Below are positions 37,829-47,235 of a DNA stretch of 64,000 nucleotides, piece by piece; within the stretch, counting starts at the first letter, position 1; each line of letters starts with the position of its first letter. Source of the stretch: a virus; the IMG/VR virus record IMGVR_UViG_3300046004_000518, positions 1 through 64,000 of that record. One strand, given 5' to 3'. Both the position numbers and the translations under genes were made by a program. Below the pieces are notes generated by a model. It had not been told where the DNA came from and searched no databases. It saw only the letters and a list, made by a program, of their open reading frames with translations.

Positions 37829-38563
37829 TTAGATTAAGCGTAATGCTTTGAGATTTTTATTAATAGCACCGGGTTTGATATCTACAGTAAGCGCACTGGC
37901 CCATCGTGGATCATTGGCTTCTTTCTTATTCTTTGGAATATAACCACTACATTCTGCTAATTCTGGATCTGCTAACATCATACCTTTACGCACTGCTTGG
38001 TATAAAGGTTCAGCTAGTTTACCTGCACCTGTTGCCTGCGCAAATGCTTGTAAGTCATTATTAGCCGCTGCCTCACGTGCTGAACTAGCACTAACACCTG
38101 CTATACCATCTGCATCAGGATCACGTTCACCACTAGAAACAAATTTAATATCATCAAACTTGTAGTAAGCACCATTAACACCTTCTACGCCATTGTACTT
38201 AGGTATCAATTCTTGGAAACTATCAATACGATCACTACCTGCAACCATTGTTATATTTCTATAACCCTTGGCATATAACCAATGAATAACGTCCATGATA
38301 GTTTTTATGTTAGTATCGTATACAACATGGCCTGCTTGATCTGGAAATAATGCTCGAACAAACTTAACTTTGGTAGCGTAATCTAACGGATTCTTTTTCT
38401 TATCTTGTGATTGGCTAACAAACACAAAGTAATCACCACCTTGACTAGCTTTGGCTACAGTGTTGATTAATTGTCCGTGCCCTACAGTAGGAGGATTCAT
38501 GCGGCCAAAACAAAATGCTGCATGTTTAGTAGTTGTTGATTCAAAAATTTCAGTGAGAAACAT
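37829..38563 (-). CDS. HIGH-superfamily cytidylyltransferase-like protein with tag MFLTEIFE
   Basis: FGRMNPPTVGH, KNPL, MVAGSDR and SSGERDPD...SAS motifs; TAAATA at 38586-38591. Confidence 0.85.
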   Translation of the reverse strand: MFLTEIFESTTTKHAAFCFGRMNPPTVGHGQLINTVAKASQGGDYFVFVSQSQDKKKNPLDYATKVKFVRALFPDQAGHVVYDTNIKTIMDVIHWLYAKGYRNITMVAGSDRIDSFQELIPKYNGVEGVNGAYYKFDDIKFVSSGERDPDADGIAGVSASSAREAAANNDLQAFAQATGAGKLAEPLYQAVRKGMMLADPELAECSGYIPKNKKEANDPRWASALTVDIKPGAINKNLKALRLI

Positions 38564-38593
38564 AGTAATCCTGTAGCTATTACTATATTTAGT

Positions 38594-39043
38594 TTATAAT
38601 TTTTCTAATAGCCAAATATAAAATGGACTAGAAAATTTAAGGGTATATGAACCATTCCAACCAAGGTTAACACATTCAGCTAACTCGGTTATTTCTTTGC
38701 CCTGATATTGTTGTGGTGTATCTAGTATAAATTTTGATTCGGACCATAATAATTCGCCGATTGATATATCATCAATAGTAATATCATTGATATTAAGCAA
38801 CATATCTTTAGTTACTTCGTTATTGGTAACTAAAGTGTCGCTATCAGTTTTATTTTCTAGTTTAATTCTGAGAGTATGTTCGCCCTCGTCAATCGTATGG
38901 GTAAATTTGTGAGTTTGCGGAGATTCACTAGAAATTTCAGTTTGTATAATAACCTTGTTATCAAGCCAGATAGAGAACTGTGGTTTTTTATTCCAATATG
39001 TTCCGCTAACTGTAACTGCAACTTCTAGTGATTCTTGTTCCAT
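38594..39043 (-). CDS. hypothetical protein
   Basis: 149-aa beta-rich ORF ending LGWNG...FSSPFYIWLLEKL. Confidence 0.7.
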   Translation of the reverse strand: MEQESLEVAVTVSGTYWNKKPQFSIWLDNKVIIQTEISSESPQTHKFTHTIDEGEHTLRIKLENKTDSDTLVTNNEVTKDMLLNINDITIDDISIGELLWSESKFILDTPQQYQGKEITELAECVNLGWNGSYTLKFSSPFYIWLLEKL

Positions 39044-39045
39044 TT

Positions 39046-39873
39046 TTATACTGGGTGATGTTGTGCAGTTTGTGCGGCTTTAGCTGCAATTTGATCCGGT
39101 GTAATATCTGGCATAGTTGGTTTACCACCAGTTAATACACTTAAATCACCTGCAAACTCATAATGACCACAGTGGTTCAATAATACTTTAGCATGAGCAT
39201 AAATCTCACCTCCTAGAGCAGACCAACGACGACAGAATGTCCAGTCTTCACTTAGATAGTGACCTTTCTCATCAATTTCTGTGTCAAACAATGAGTACAT
39301 AAATGGCTCGTATTGTTTACCAAGACCAACATCATCTACATATTTTGTATCAGTACCGTATGCTTCGATCATTTTTTCAACAACTGTTTTCTTAAACATC
39401 ATAAAACCAGTGCCCATAGTATCAACTGGGAAAATATCGTTAACAATCTGTGTACCTGGCTTAACGTTAATTACATAAGAAATTGGCAATGCTTTCTTAG
39501 GATATAGTCCACCAATGATGTCTTTTTCACATAACAACATTTGGAAAATACTTTCTGGTTGGAATCTAATATCAGCATCAATAAACATAAAATGTGTGGC
39601 TTTTTCGTTAGTCATCATTTTAGCAACTAAGTTGTTACGAGCACGGGTTACCAATGACTCGTTAACCATAGTATCTAATGACCATTGTAAACCAACACGT
39701 TGCGCCATAAGAATGAAACGTAGGAAACTTGTAAATGTTGGTTCGTTAATCATACCACCGTAACATGGGATAGCAAAGTGAATATGATATTTGCTAAAAT
39801 CTGGTTGTGCTTGTTGTGCTTGTGGTAGCGTGGCATTCATCGCCGGCTGATTAGGTTTAATACGTTTTGCCAT
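39046..39873 (-). CDS. GT-A fold glycosyltransferase-like protein
   Basis: AIPCYGG, ESLVTRARN, FMFIDADI, GTGFMM and YLSEDWTFC motifs. Confidence 0.75.
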   Translation of the reverse strand: MAKRIKPNQPAMNATLPQAQQAQPDFSKYHIHFAIPCYGGMINEPTFTSFLRFILMAQRVGLQWSLDTMVNESLVTRARNNLVAKMMTNEKATHFMFIDADIRFQPESIFQMLLCEKDIIGGLYPKKALPISYVINVKPGTQIVNDIFPVDTMGTGFMMFKKTVVEKMIEAYGTDTKYVDDVGLGKQYEPFMYSLFDTEIDEKGHYLSEDWTFCRRWSALGGEIYAHAKVLLNHCGHYEFAGDLSVLTGGKPTMPDITPDQIAAKAAQTAQHHPV

Positions 39874-39899
39874 TGAAAATCTCTCTTTATTGAATTAAA

Positions 39900-40064
39900 T
39901 TATGCTCTTTCGATTTCTACTAATGTGCCTGCGCCCGCAAGCTCTTCTACTACTGCTTCGAGACTATGCAATATATCATTGCTGATAATCTCTGTTGAGT
40001 TTTCGCTGTCTTTCAACAGTTTACTTACTTTGATTACTAATACTTCTTCTTGTAATTTTGCCAT
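39900..40064 (-). CDS. 54-aa hypothetical protein
   Basis: Below cutoff: MAKLQEEVLVIKVSKLLKD...LVEIERA; AAGGA RBS; TAAATA at 40094-40099. Confidence 0.7.
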   Translation of the reverse strand: MAKLQEEVLVIKVSKLLKDSENSTEIISNDILHSLEAVVEELAGAGTLVEIERA

Positions 40065-40121
40065 GATATATCCTTATAATAGCTGTATATAATTATTTAT
40101 CATGGCAAATACTAATACAAA

Positions 40122-42431
40122 TTATTCTACTATAATAAAACCTTCATCGTCAACTGTTTTGTTTTCTAATAAAATCAGTTCATCTGTTGGTTCAACTACA
40201 ATAAACTCTATTGCATCATTGACATAGTCTGCTGTAACTGCACTACCAATGGCAATATTTTCAAACAGTATTTTCTTACTTAATGGCACTTTAATTAGCT
40301 CACTAATCTTACGTGCTAGTGGACGTGCGCCCATTGCACGATCAAATCCAACTTCAACTAAGTGATCAACTAATGCTTCTGTTGAACGTAGTTTAATTTG
40401 TTTCTCTGCTAGTAATTCGTTAAGCTCGTTTAAGAATTTAACAACAATCTTCTTCATGCTAATCTTATCAAGTCCATTGAACTTAACTACAGCATCTAAA
40501 CGATTGCGGAACTCTGGTTTAAAGAACTTTTTAACAGCACTATCATCTTCGCCTGTTTTTTGTAAGTCGCGCCCAAAGCCAATGTTGTTTTGCTCATTGT
40601 CTGCTGAACCTAAGTTACTGGTTAATACTAACATAGCATTACGACAATCCGCTTTCTTACCATTGGATCCAGTAATAGTACCTTCATCCATGATCTGTAA
40701 CAATAAGTTACTAATGTCGGGGTGAGCCTTTTCAATTTCATCTAACAAGATAATTGAATGTGGATTACGCTCTACTTCACTGATTAACAAGCCGCCACCT
40801 AAGTTACCATCTTCGTAACCAACATAGCCCGGAGGAGCACCAATAAGTTTAGCCATAGCATGTTTCTCTTGATATTCACTCATATCAAAACGTATTAACT
40901 TCATGCCTAAGTTTTCACTAAGCAATTTAGCTAACTCTGTTTTACCTGTACCAGTTGGGCCTAAGAATAAGAAATTACCAATTGGTTTGTTATGTGCTTT
41001 TAATCCAGCTTTAGCAACATAAATCTTCTCAAGTACTGCATCAACTGCGGTATCTTGTCCGTATAGTTTATCTTTAATGTTACTTTCTAAACTTGGTAAT
41101 GAAGTTGATGCATGTTTGCTATCAAAGTTTTCTTTTGGAATCTTAGTTGCTTTGGCCAAAGTATCGACAATCGCATCACCATTAACTACCCAAGTTGGAT
41201 TATTAATTTTAAGACGTGCGCAACTCATATCAATTAGGTCAATGGCCTTATCTGGTAAGCGTTTGTCTGTTTGATAGCGTACACTTAAATCAACTGCTAG
41301 TTCAATTGCTTCATCTAAAATCACACCATTGTGGAAACGTTCAAAGTGACCTTTAAGTCCGAGTAAGATGTCTTTGGCTACTTCTGGACTTGGTTCATCA
41401 ATGTTTAGTTTGTAGAATCTGCGCATTAACGCACGATCTTTTTCAAATGATTGTGTATATTCTTCATAGGTAGTCGAAGCAATAACTTTAATGCCGCCTT
41501 TGGCCAATGCTGGTTTGAGCATATTAGCAAAGTCTACACTACTTGAGCTACCTGCACCTGCGCCCTGCATTTGATGTGCTTCATCAATGAACAATATAGA
41601 ATTACCTTTGGTGTTCAGTGATTCAAGTACGTCTTTAAGTTTTTCTTCAAACTCGCCACGGTATTTGCTACCGGCTAATAAGCTACCGATCTCTAAATTA
41701 TAAACAGTATAGGGTTTTAAGTATTCTGGTACATCACCGTTGACAATTTTGTATGCCAAGCCCTCTGCAATAGCAGTTTTACCCACACCCGGATCACCAA
41801 TCATTAACACGTTGGATTTATGACGACGAGCCAGCACTTGTGCAATCTCTTCCAACTCATATTCACGACCAATAACTGGATCTATCTTACCATCAGTGGC
41901 AACTGCATTTAGATTTGTGCAATACTCTTCTAATATTGCATCAGAAAAATCTTGTTTAGCTTTTGAATCTTTGGTCTTAACTGCTTTACCATCGACAAAT
42001 TTATCGGCATAATATTTTACTAGATCTTTGCGGTTAATACCCCATTTAAGCATAAAGTAAGCGGCATGACTGTTGGTCTCTTGACTGATACTTAAGAATA
42101 AATCAACTGGTTCCATTTGCTCACGTGCTGTAAACAACACCTGCGTAAACGCACGATTGAACACACGCTCTAAACTATGGGTACGCTGCGGTACAATTTC
42201 TTTATCCGATAGGTCAACCAGATGATCTTGTTGAGCAGTATATTCGTACAAGTCTGCCAATAATGGATTAGTATCAACACCATATTCGGTTAGTAACTTT
42301 TTAAATGCTCTAAATTCGATAAGTGCAATTAACAAATGTTCAAGTGTTACGTATTCATGCCTATAATCACGTGCAAGTTCAGTTGCCGCTGCAATGATTT
42401 CTTCAATTTCGGGATTAGAATTTATTGCCAT
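40122..42431 (-). CDS. clpA: ATP-dependent Clp protease ATP-binding subunit ClpA
   Basis: HEYVTLEHLL N-domain, two AAA modules (GDPGVGKT, GPTGTGKT), RFDMSEY, IGF loop, no ClpB middle domain. Confidence 0.92.
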   Translation of the reverse strand: MAINSNPEIEEIIAAATELARDYRHEYVTLEHLLIALIEFRAFKKLLTEYGVDTNPLLADLYEYTAQQDHLVDLSDKEIVPQRTHSLERVFNRAFTQVLFTAREQMEPVDLFLSISQETNSHAAYFMLKWGINRKDLVKYYADKFVDGKAVKTKDSKAKQDFSDAILEEYCTNLNAVATDGKIDPVIGREYELEEIAQVLARRHKSNVLMIGDPGVGKTAIAEGLAYKIVNGDVPEYLKPYTVYNLEIGSLLAGSKYRGEFEEKLKDVLESLNTKGNSILFIDEAHQMQGAGAGSSSSVDFANMLKPALAKGGIKVIASTTYEEYTQSFEKDRALMRRFYKLNIDEPSPEVAKDILLGLKGHFERFHNGVILDEAIELAVDLSVRYQTDKRLPDKAIDLIDMSCARLKINNPTWVVNGDAIVDTLAKATKIPKENFDSKHASTSLPSLESNIKDKLYGQDTAVDAVLEKIYVAKAGLKAHNKPIGNFLFLGPTGTGKTELAKLLSENLGMKLIRFDMSEYQEKHAMAKLIGAPPGYVGYEDGNLGGGLLISEVERNPHSIILLDEIEKAHPDISNLLLQIMDEGTITGSNGKKADCRNAMLVLTSNLGSADNEQNNIGFGRDLQKTGEDDSAVKKFFKPEFRNRLDAVVKFNGLDKISMKKIVVKFLNELNELLAEKQIKLRSTEALVDHLVEVGFDRAMGARPLARKISELIKVPLSKKILFENIAIGSAVTADYVNDAIEFIVVEPTDELILLENKTVDDEGFIIVE

Positions 42432-42443
42432 TTTTAGTCCTTG

Positions 42444-43277
42444 CTAATTAATTGTTTTAAGTATTTGTATCTGTGCCGCGGTTAATGTTGGTGTTTTAAT
42501 TATTGTATTAACAATTAAATCACCTCTATATTGAGTATTCATTTGATATAAGCCTTTACCTTGTAGACCAAACTTAGTACCAAATTGACATCCTACTGGA
42601 ATCTTAATTAAGTACGTACTACCATCAATTCCTTCTACTTCTTTTTCTGTGCCTGTCATTGCTTCAATTGAGGAAATTTCTAAATTACTAACTAAATTAA
42701 CACCGTGTATCTCAAAACGTGGATCATCGATTACATTAATAATAACATACAGATCACCCCTTGTCAATGATTCAAAGAAGTTGTCACCCATTTGTGTATA
42801 TTTAATCGTTGTACCATTACTTACACCGCGCGGCATTTTTACATCTACATTAAATTTATCATTCTTGGTAGTCTGTACACTTACTGTTTTTTGCTGTTCG
42901 ATTAATGTACTGGCAAGGGTAACAGTTATATTAATACGTAGGTCTTTATTACGTCTTGGTTGTTGCTGTTGGAAAGGGCTACCACCACGTTGACTAAAGA
43001 ACTGACTGAATATATCCTGTGGGCCACCACCACCAAAATGAAATTCAAATCCACCAGGCCCACTGCCGCCTGCACCGAATGGATTGGGATTATCATGTTC
43101 TTGTCTTTTTTGTGGATCAGTTAAGGTGTCGTAAGCACCCTGTATCTCTTGAAACTTAGCAGTATCGCCGCCTTCTTTATCAGGATGATGTTTAGCAGCG
43201 AGCTTACGATAAGCCCGTTTAATTTCTTCGTCTGTGGCGCCGCGATGTACGCCTAGTGTTGAGTATGCATCTGTCAT
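42444..43277 (-). CDS. dnaJ: class II DnaJ/CbpA-like co-chaperone
   Basis: J-domain with HPD, G/F region, C-terminal domain, no zinc finger; start at MTDAY. Confidence 0.9.
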   Translation of the reverse strand: MTDAYSTLGVHRGATDEEIKRAYRKLAAKHHPDKEGGDTAKFQEIQGAYDTLTDPQKRQEHDNPNPFGAGGSGPGGFEFHFGGGGPQDIFSQFFSQRGGSPFQQQQPRRNKDLRINITVTLASTLIEQQKTVSVQTTKNDKFNVDVKMPRGVSNGTTIKYTQMGDNFFESLTRGDLYVIINVIDDPRFEIHGVNLVSNLEISSIEAMTGTEKEVEGIDGSTYLIKIPVGCQFGTKFGLQGKGLYQMNTQYRGDLIVNTIIKTPTLTAAQIQILKTIN

Positions 43278-43284
43278 AATAGTT

Positions 43285-43313
43285 ATTATATGTGAAAAAA
43301 GGAGAATTGTCAA
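43285..43313 (-). promoter_or_regulatory. consensus sigma70 promoter for dnaJ-clpA (probably leaderless)
   Basis: TTGACA-N17-TATAAT, 7 nt before ATG. Confidence 0.85.
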
Positions 43314-43326
43314 GCTCTCCTTTTTA
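43295..43326. terminator. intrinsic terminator of the lysis operon
   Basis: aaaaaaggaga-attgtcaagc-tctcctttttt; T-tracts on both strands. Confidence 0.75.
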
Positions 43327-43349
43327 TTTACTATCAAAATTACATATGG

Positions 43350-43586
43350 TTAAGTTTTCTTTCTACGTAACGGTCTATTTGGATCTACAGCCACTGGTTC
43401 AGGTGCAACTTCAGTTTCCTCAGCAATTTCAACCATTTCCTGTCCCACTGCTATTTCTGCAATCTCAAAAGTTTCAACAACCGATTCGACTGTCTCGGCT
43501 ATTGGCTGCGCATCTGTCGGACTACTTTGGCTTAACCAGACTGGTTCTGAAGGACTTGTTACAGGGGTGTCCTCAAACCCTGTTAC
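43350..43586 (-). CDS. -1 frame extension of the holin (78 codons), predicted programmed frameshift product
   Basis: Open -1 frame beginning at the slippery site, closed upstream by TGA, no early start codon; acidic E/V/P/A-rich with basic end. Confidence 0.65.
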   Translation of the reverse strand, partial: VTGFEDTPVTSPSEPVWLSQSSPTDAQPIAETVESVVETFEIAEIAVGQEMVEIAEETEVAPEPVAVDPNRPLRRKKT

Positions 43587-43592
43587 TTTCCC
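43551..43592 (-). promoter_or_regulatory. -1 frameshift signal: G GGA AAG plus H-type pseudoknot
   Basis: GGGAAAG-uaaca-GGGU-uu-GAGGAC-ACCC-cuguaacaa-GUCCUU. Confidence 0.7.
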
Positions 43593-43873
43593 GCATCACC
43601 GTTTTCAATTGATGCTACTTTTTCTTTACCACGTGTCCAAGCTGCAATACCTAAGATAGCACCCATGGAGATATGGTACAAACCACCACCTTGAAGTGTT
43701 AGCGGTACCCACATACCTACTGCCTGTCCAGGATTCCAATATTGAAGTAAGTTGAATAAGATTGGACCTAAGATAAAGTCAAACCAAATTGTAGCCATGT
43801 ATGTAATAGCCATTAATGGGCGCCATTTGCTGGTCATCCAATCTTCTGATTTTTTTTCTGCTGCTGTTACCAT
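43583..43873 (-). CDS. holin-like membrane protein
   Basis: WRPLMA...FDFILGP...W.PLTLQGGGLYHISMGAILG...RGKEK; last gene of the lysis cassette. Confidence 0.7.
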   Translation of the reverse strand: MVTAAEKKSEDWMTSKWRPLMAITYMATIWFDFILGPILFNLLQYWNPGQAVGMWVPLTLQGGGLYHISMGAILGIAAWTRGKEKVASIENGDAGK

Positions 43874-43919
43874 TTTTTGCTCCTAATTATTATTGTTATT
43901 ATTATTTATTAGTTTGTGA

Positions 43920-44129
43920 TTAACTTACTGCGCTGGCTAGATCAATTAAATCATTAATTATTTCGTTTAATTGACTTAATTTTGCTAGATCACCGGCCGC
44001 TGCTTCAATAACTTTAGTGCTTTGTAAATCTTTAAGTAATTCTTTATATTCACTCGGCGATAGCTTACCAGCTGTAAATTCTGCTTCTAATGCATGTACT
44101 TCTATTAATACATTGTCTACACTGCTCAT
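43920..44129 (-). CDS. hypothetical protein
   Basis: 69-aa ORF, ATGA overlap. Confidence 0.65.
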   Translation of the reverse strand: MSSVDNVLIEVHALEAEFTAGKLSPSEYKELLKDLQSTKVIEAAAGDLAKLSQLNEIINDLIDLASAVS

Positions 44130-44539
44130 CTTGGTTTGGCTCCTATTACTGTTTTCATTGTACCTGAACTATTTTCTATATTATTAAATTTAAGTTCGCA
44201 GTATTTTTGACTCACAACTTCGCCGCTATCGTAACGCTCTTTGAGACCTTTGGTAATAGCTGCAAGTTCTGTAGTCATTGTTATTGTATCTTTATTTTGT
44301 GGAATACTTGCTGAATAGTTACGTAGTTCAATACTCTTAACATAAACGGTGTCTACATACACTAGCACTTCTTTAGTACCACATTTAGTTACACCTACTT
44401 GTGCTTGTGTATGGATTTGATTAACTAAACTATATTCGTTGCTGTCAAACCTAGCCATACGATACGCATCAATTATTGTACTAATACTAGCACACCCCGA
44501 CAATAGAACTACTAGACTAACTAAGGCTAGTTTTTTCAT
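44126..44539 (-). CDS. lipoprotein
   Basis: Lipobox LLSGC after a basic/hydrophobic signal. Confidence 0.75.
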   Translation of the reverse strand: MKKLALVSLVVLLSGCASISTIIDAYRMARFDSNEYSLVNQIHTQAQVGVTKCGTKEVLVYVDTVYVKSIELRNYSASIPQNKDTITMTTELAAITKGLKERYDSGEVVSQKYCELKFNNIENSSGTMKTVIGAKPR

Positions 44540-44796
44540 TTAATTTCCTCGTAGATACGACGTTGTTCTTTATACCAAATACCCCAGGCTTCGTGTTTGG
44601 CCTGGCACTCATAGTAGGTGCTGTAATTTTCTGTAACATTACCTACAACATCACTTAATTTGTTAGTGTCTGTTGGTAGTTGTTTAAGAATCGGACAATC
44701 TATAGCAAGTTCACTAGGAACATCCGGAAATGGTGCTTTAACTGGCACTAGAGTTGAGCAACCTGAGAGTAATAATACTGCTAATAGATATCTCAT
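44536..44796 (-). CDS. o-spanin (Rz1-like lipoprotein)
   Basis: Lipobox LLSGC, Pro-rich, two further Cys, follows the i-spanin. Confidence 0.8.
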   Translation of the reverse strand: MRYLLAVLLLSGCSTLVPVKAPFPDVPSELAIDCPILKQLPTDTNKLSDVVGNVTENYSTYYECQAKHEAWGIWYKEQRRIYEEIK

Positions 44797-45242
44797 TTAG
44801 TTTCTCCCACTGGTTTCTCTGCGGCCTTGTTTAGTAGTTCGATAGCTTCTTTAGGCACCACACATTCACCGTTGATAATCTTTTCTTTCTCTACAATTTC
44901 TTTCTGTAGTTGGACCTGTACTTCTTTAATTTTTTTGATCTTAGTAACTACTTTAGTTTTGATCACTGTGTTTGTTTCTTGGCTTTTAACCACAGCCGCA
45001 TCTATTTTTGCCTGTAATTCTGCGGCACGTTCTCTCCATTGTGTTTCAACTTCGTAGCCGCCTTTAAAATACACACCTGCTACCAACAGCATGATACCTA
45101 CAACCTGTACTATTAGTCGATAGGGTCTAAGATAACTAAAATTGAATACAAAACCTAATAATGAAGTAATGATACCAGCATAGAATACTAAATTAACAAA
45201 CGCATGCAAGATGCTATCTGGAATAAATGTCAACATCCACAT
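44793..45242 (-). CDS. i-spanin (Rz-like)
   Basis: N-terminal TM segments, coiled coil, C-terminal Cys; follows the endolysin. Confidence 0.75.
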   Translation of the reverse strand: MWMLTFIPDSILHAFVNLVFYAGIITSLLGFVFNFSYLRPYRLIVQVVGIMLLVAGVYFKGGYEVETQWRERAAELQAKIDAAVVKSQETNTVIKTKVVTKIKKIKEVQVQLQKEIVEKEKIINGECVVPKEAIELLNKAAEKPVGETK

Positions 45243-45243
45243 A

Positions 45244-46089
45244 TTATTCTCCTAACATTTTTTTGATAGTTGCTGGACCAACAATACCATCTGCTGTCAA
45301 ACCATGTGCTGTTTGCCACGCTTTAACTGCTTTCTCTGTACCTGGACCAAACTTACCATCTGCTGTTTGTCCTAATGCTTTTTGTACCGCTTTGACTGTG
45401 TCGTTATTGCTGCCTACACGCACTGTTACGTACTCTGTAGCAGACGCAGGCGCCGCATGTGACTCTGCTACATGCCCACCACCTAACAAGTGTTTAGCTT
45501 CTTTGTAGTGCTTTGTACGATCTTCTAGGCCAATTGTACCACCGTTAATACGTTTGGTCATTTTAACTATATCATCTGCATCACATATAGCATTTAAGCC
45601 ATTTGTTTTCCAGAACCAACAAGCTGATTCAATGGCACCATCTAAGGTTTCTAAGTCAGCCACTGCTTCTTCTACTGTCATGCCTACTGATTTAGCAAAC
45701 TTAGTATAGTTATCACGACCAGTTAGTTGGATAGCACCGCGACCACAGAACTTAAATCCATCACCACTGGACTCTGGGCCATTGCCCATACGTCCACCGT
45801 AGACTTTGTTAGCAATCTTTTCTGGTTGACGATTGTATGGTTGCGCACTTGCTAGTGTAGGGAAGTATTTTTTAAAGATCTTACTTAAACCCTCTGCTGA
45901 GTAGTTTAAGTTTTCTTTAAGAATTGTAAAGCCTGCTGACTCATGCCCGCATTGTGCTAGGAAACCTGCAGCACGATTAACTGTGTTAATCTCGTACTTT
46001 TCAAATTGCTCTGTAAGTACTTCTGCCAGGTCTTCTGGATGCTTGTACTTGGGAAATAGTGCTTTGATTAAACCTGCTGTAATTTGCAT
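45244..46089 (-). CDS. GH19 endolysin with C-terminal peptidoglycan-binding domain
   Basis: FLAQCGHES, ENLNYS, GRGAIQLTGRDNY, TKRINGG; DGKFGPGT/DGIVGPAT PG-binding repeats. Confidence 0.92.
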   Translation of the reverse strand: MQITAGLIKALFPKYKHPEDLAEVLTEQFEKYEINTVNRAAGFLAQCGHESAGFTILKENLNYSAEGLSKIFKKYFPTLASAQPYNRQPEKIANKVYGGRMGNGPESSGDGFKFCGRGAIQLTGRDNYTKFAKSVGMTVEEAVADLETLDGAIESACWFWKTNGLNAICDADDIVKMTKRINGGTIGLEDRTKHYKEAKHLLGGGHVAESHAAPASATEYVTVRVGSNNDTVKAVQKALGQTADGKFGPGTEKAVKAWQTAHGLTADGIVGPATIKKMLGE

Positions 46090-46108
46090 AATTGAAAAAT
46101 CCTTGTTG

Positions 46109-46675
46109 TTATTTTATTCCTGCCGCCCGTCTTAAACTTTCTGTAAATTCATTTATTGGTGCAGTTGTAGTTACATCAACTCCTGCGGCTGTTTTAAGTT
46201 GATCTAATTCTCTATCTAATTCTTCATCTTTTTCATACTTAGCGCGATATTTTTCTGGAGTTAATGCCATAATTTGACCTAATACCTCAACTGTTAGTTC
46301 GTGCTCACTGTTAGATTTAAAATAACGTACACGCCAATCGGTAATATCTTGTTCTGTTAAGTTTACAATGTCTGAGATCAATTTATAAACTTGTTCTGGT
46401 ACTTCTGGTGTACGATCGAGTTCAACAAACACTAGATAATCGCCACCTTCTTTTTCACCTGAGCTAACATCAGCATCAAGAACCCAATCGTAGCCTTTTT
46501 CAATGAAACTAACTAGATCAATTGCTGGCTCTTTGCCGGCAACTTTAAAGCTAATCACGCAAATATCGGCATCGTCGCCCATTTTACTTTTATATTCGTC
46601 GATGTGTAGTTCATTGTGAACTAAACGTTTTAAGTCGCCACTTTCTAAGTTTTCGTTAAGCTGGTTGTTGTGCAT
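46109..46675 (-). CDS. hypothetical protein (putative head-associated)
   Basis: Start at MHNNQLNE; ends FTESLRRAAGIK, similar to the C-terminus of 19185..22019. Confidence 0.7.
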   Translation of the reverse strand: MHNNQLNENLESGDLKRLVHNELHIDEYKSKMGDDADICVISFKVAGKEPAIDLVSFIEKGYDWVLDADVSSGEKEGGDYLVFVELDRTPEVPEQVYKLISDIVNLTEQDITDWRVRYFKSNSEHELTVEVLGQIMALTPEKYRAKYEKDEELDRELDQLKTAAGVDVTTTAPINEFTESLRRAAGIK

Positions 46676-46676
46676 T

Positions 46677-47213
46677 TTATGCGATACCTTGTTCATTGCC
46701 TTGTTGATCTTCACTTGATATGTTTTCTGCTGCGTCATCACCTTCTTCGTATGCTTGATTTATATCTTCAAGATCTAGGGTTTCGCTTTCTAACTCTAAA
46801 CTACCTTGCTGTATTTCTTGCATTAGCTTTTTAGGCATAACAATTTTAACCAGCCACACTGGAACTTTTTTCATTTTTGGCATTTTACCGCCCGGTTCAA
46901 AGTCATCTGGTTCTTTAACTTTAACTGGATATTCAAGCATGTCTTTACTATAATAAACTTCACAGTCGTAACTTAGTAAACGCTCGCCACCACGTGGGTC
47001 TGGCATACGCTTGTGCGGCCACATGAATGTACAGGTTACAAAATATTTTTCGTATGCTGGCCCTTGTACTAACTCACCTTCTTTCCAGTGTTTAAACACA
47101 TAAAGATCAAGTTCGTCTAATACTCGTTCAAAGTCCAATAGAGTATTCAGACTGCTGTCAGTCATAAATATTTCTTTTGTATTTTGTATAACGTCTGTAA
47201 TTGCTTGTGTCAT
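46677..47213 (-). CDS. hypothetical protein
   Basis: 178-aa ORF, LLDFERVLD...MPDPRGG; TAAATA at 47233-47238. Confidence 0.75.
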   Translation of the reverse strand: MTQAITDVIQNTKEIFMTDSSLNTLLDFERVLDELDLYVFKHWKEGELVQGPAYEKYFVTCTFMWPHKRMPDPRGGERLLSYDCEVYYSKDMLEYPVKVKEPDDFEPGGKMPKMKKVPVWLVKIVMPKKLMQEIQQGSLELESETLDLEDINQAYEEGDDAAENISSEDQQGNEQGIA

Positions 47214-47235
47214 AGTTTTAGGTTCTTTATGTTAT

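Noticed and set aside
43292-43612. 106-aa plus-strand ORF filling the gap after the holin
   Set aside because: It starts inside a terminator/promoter and is Q/L/F-rich like an antisense shadow. The minus-strand -1 frame explains the region better.
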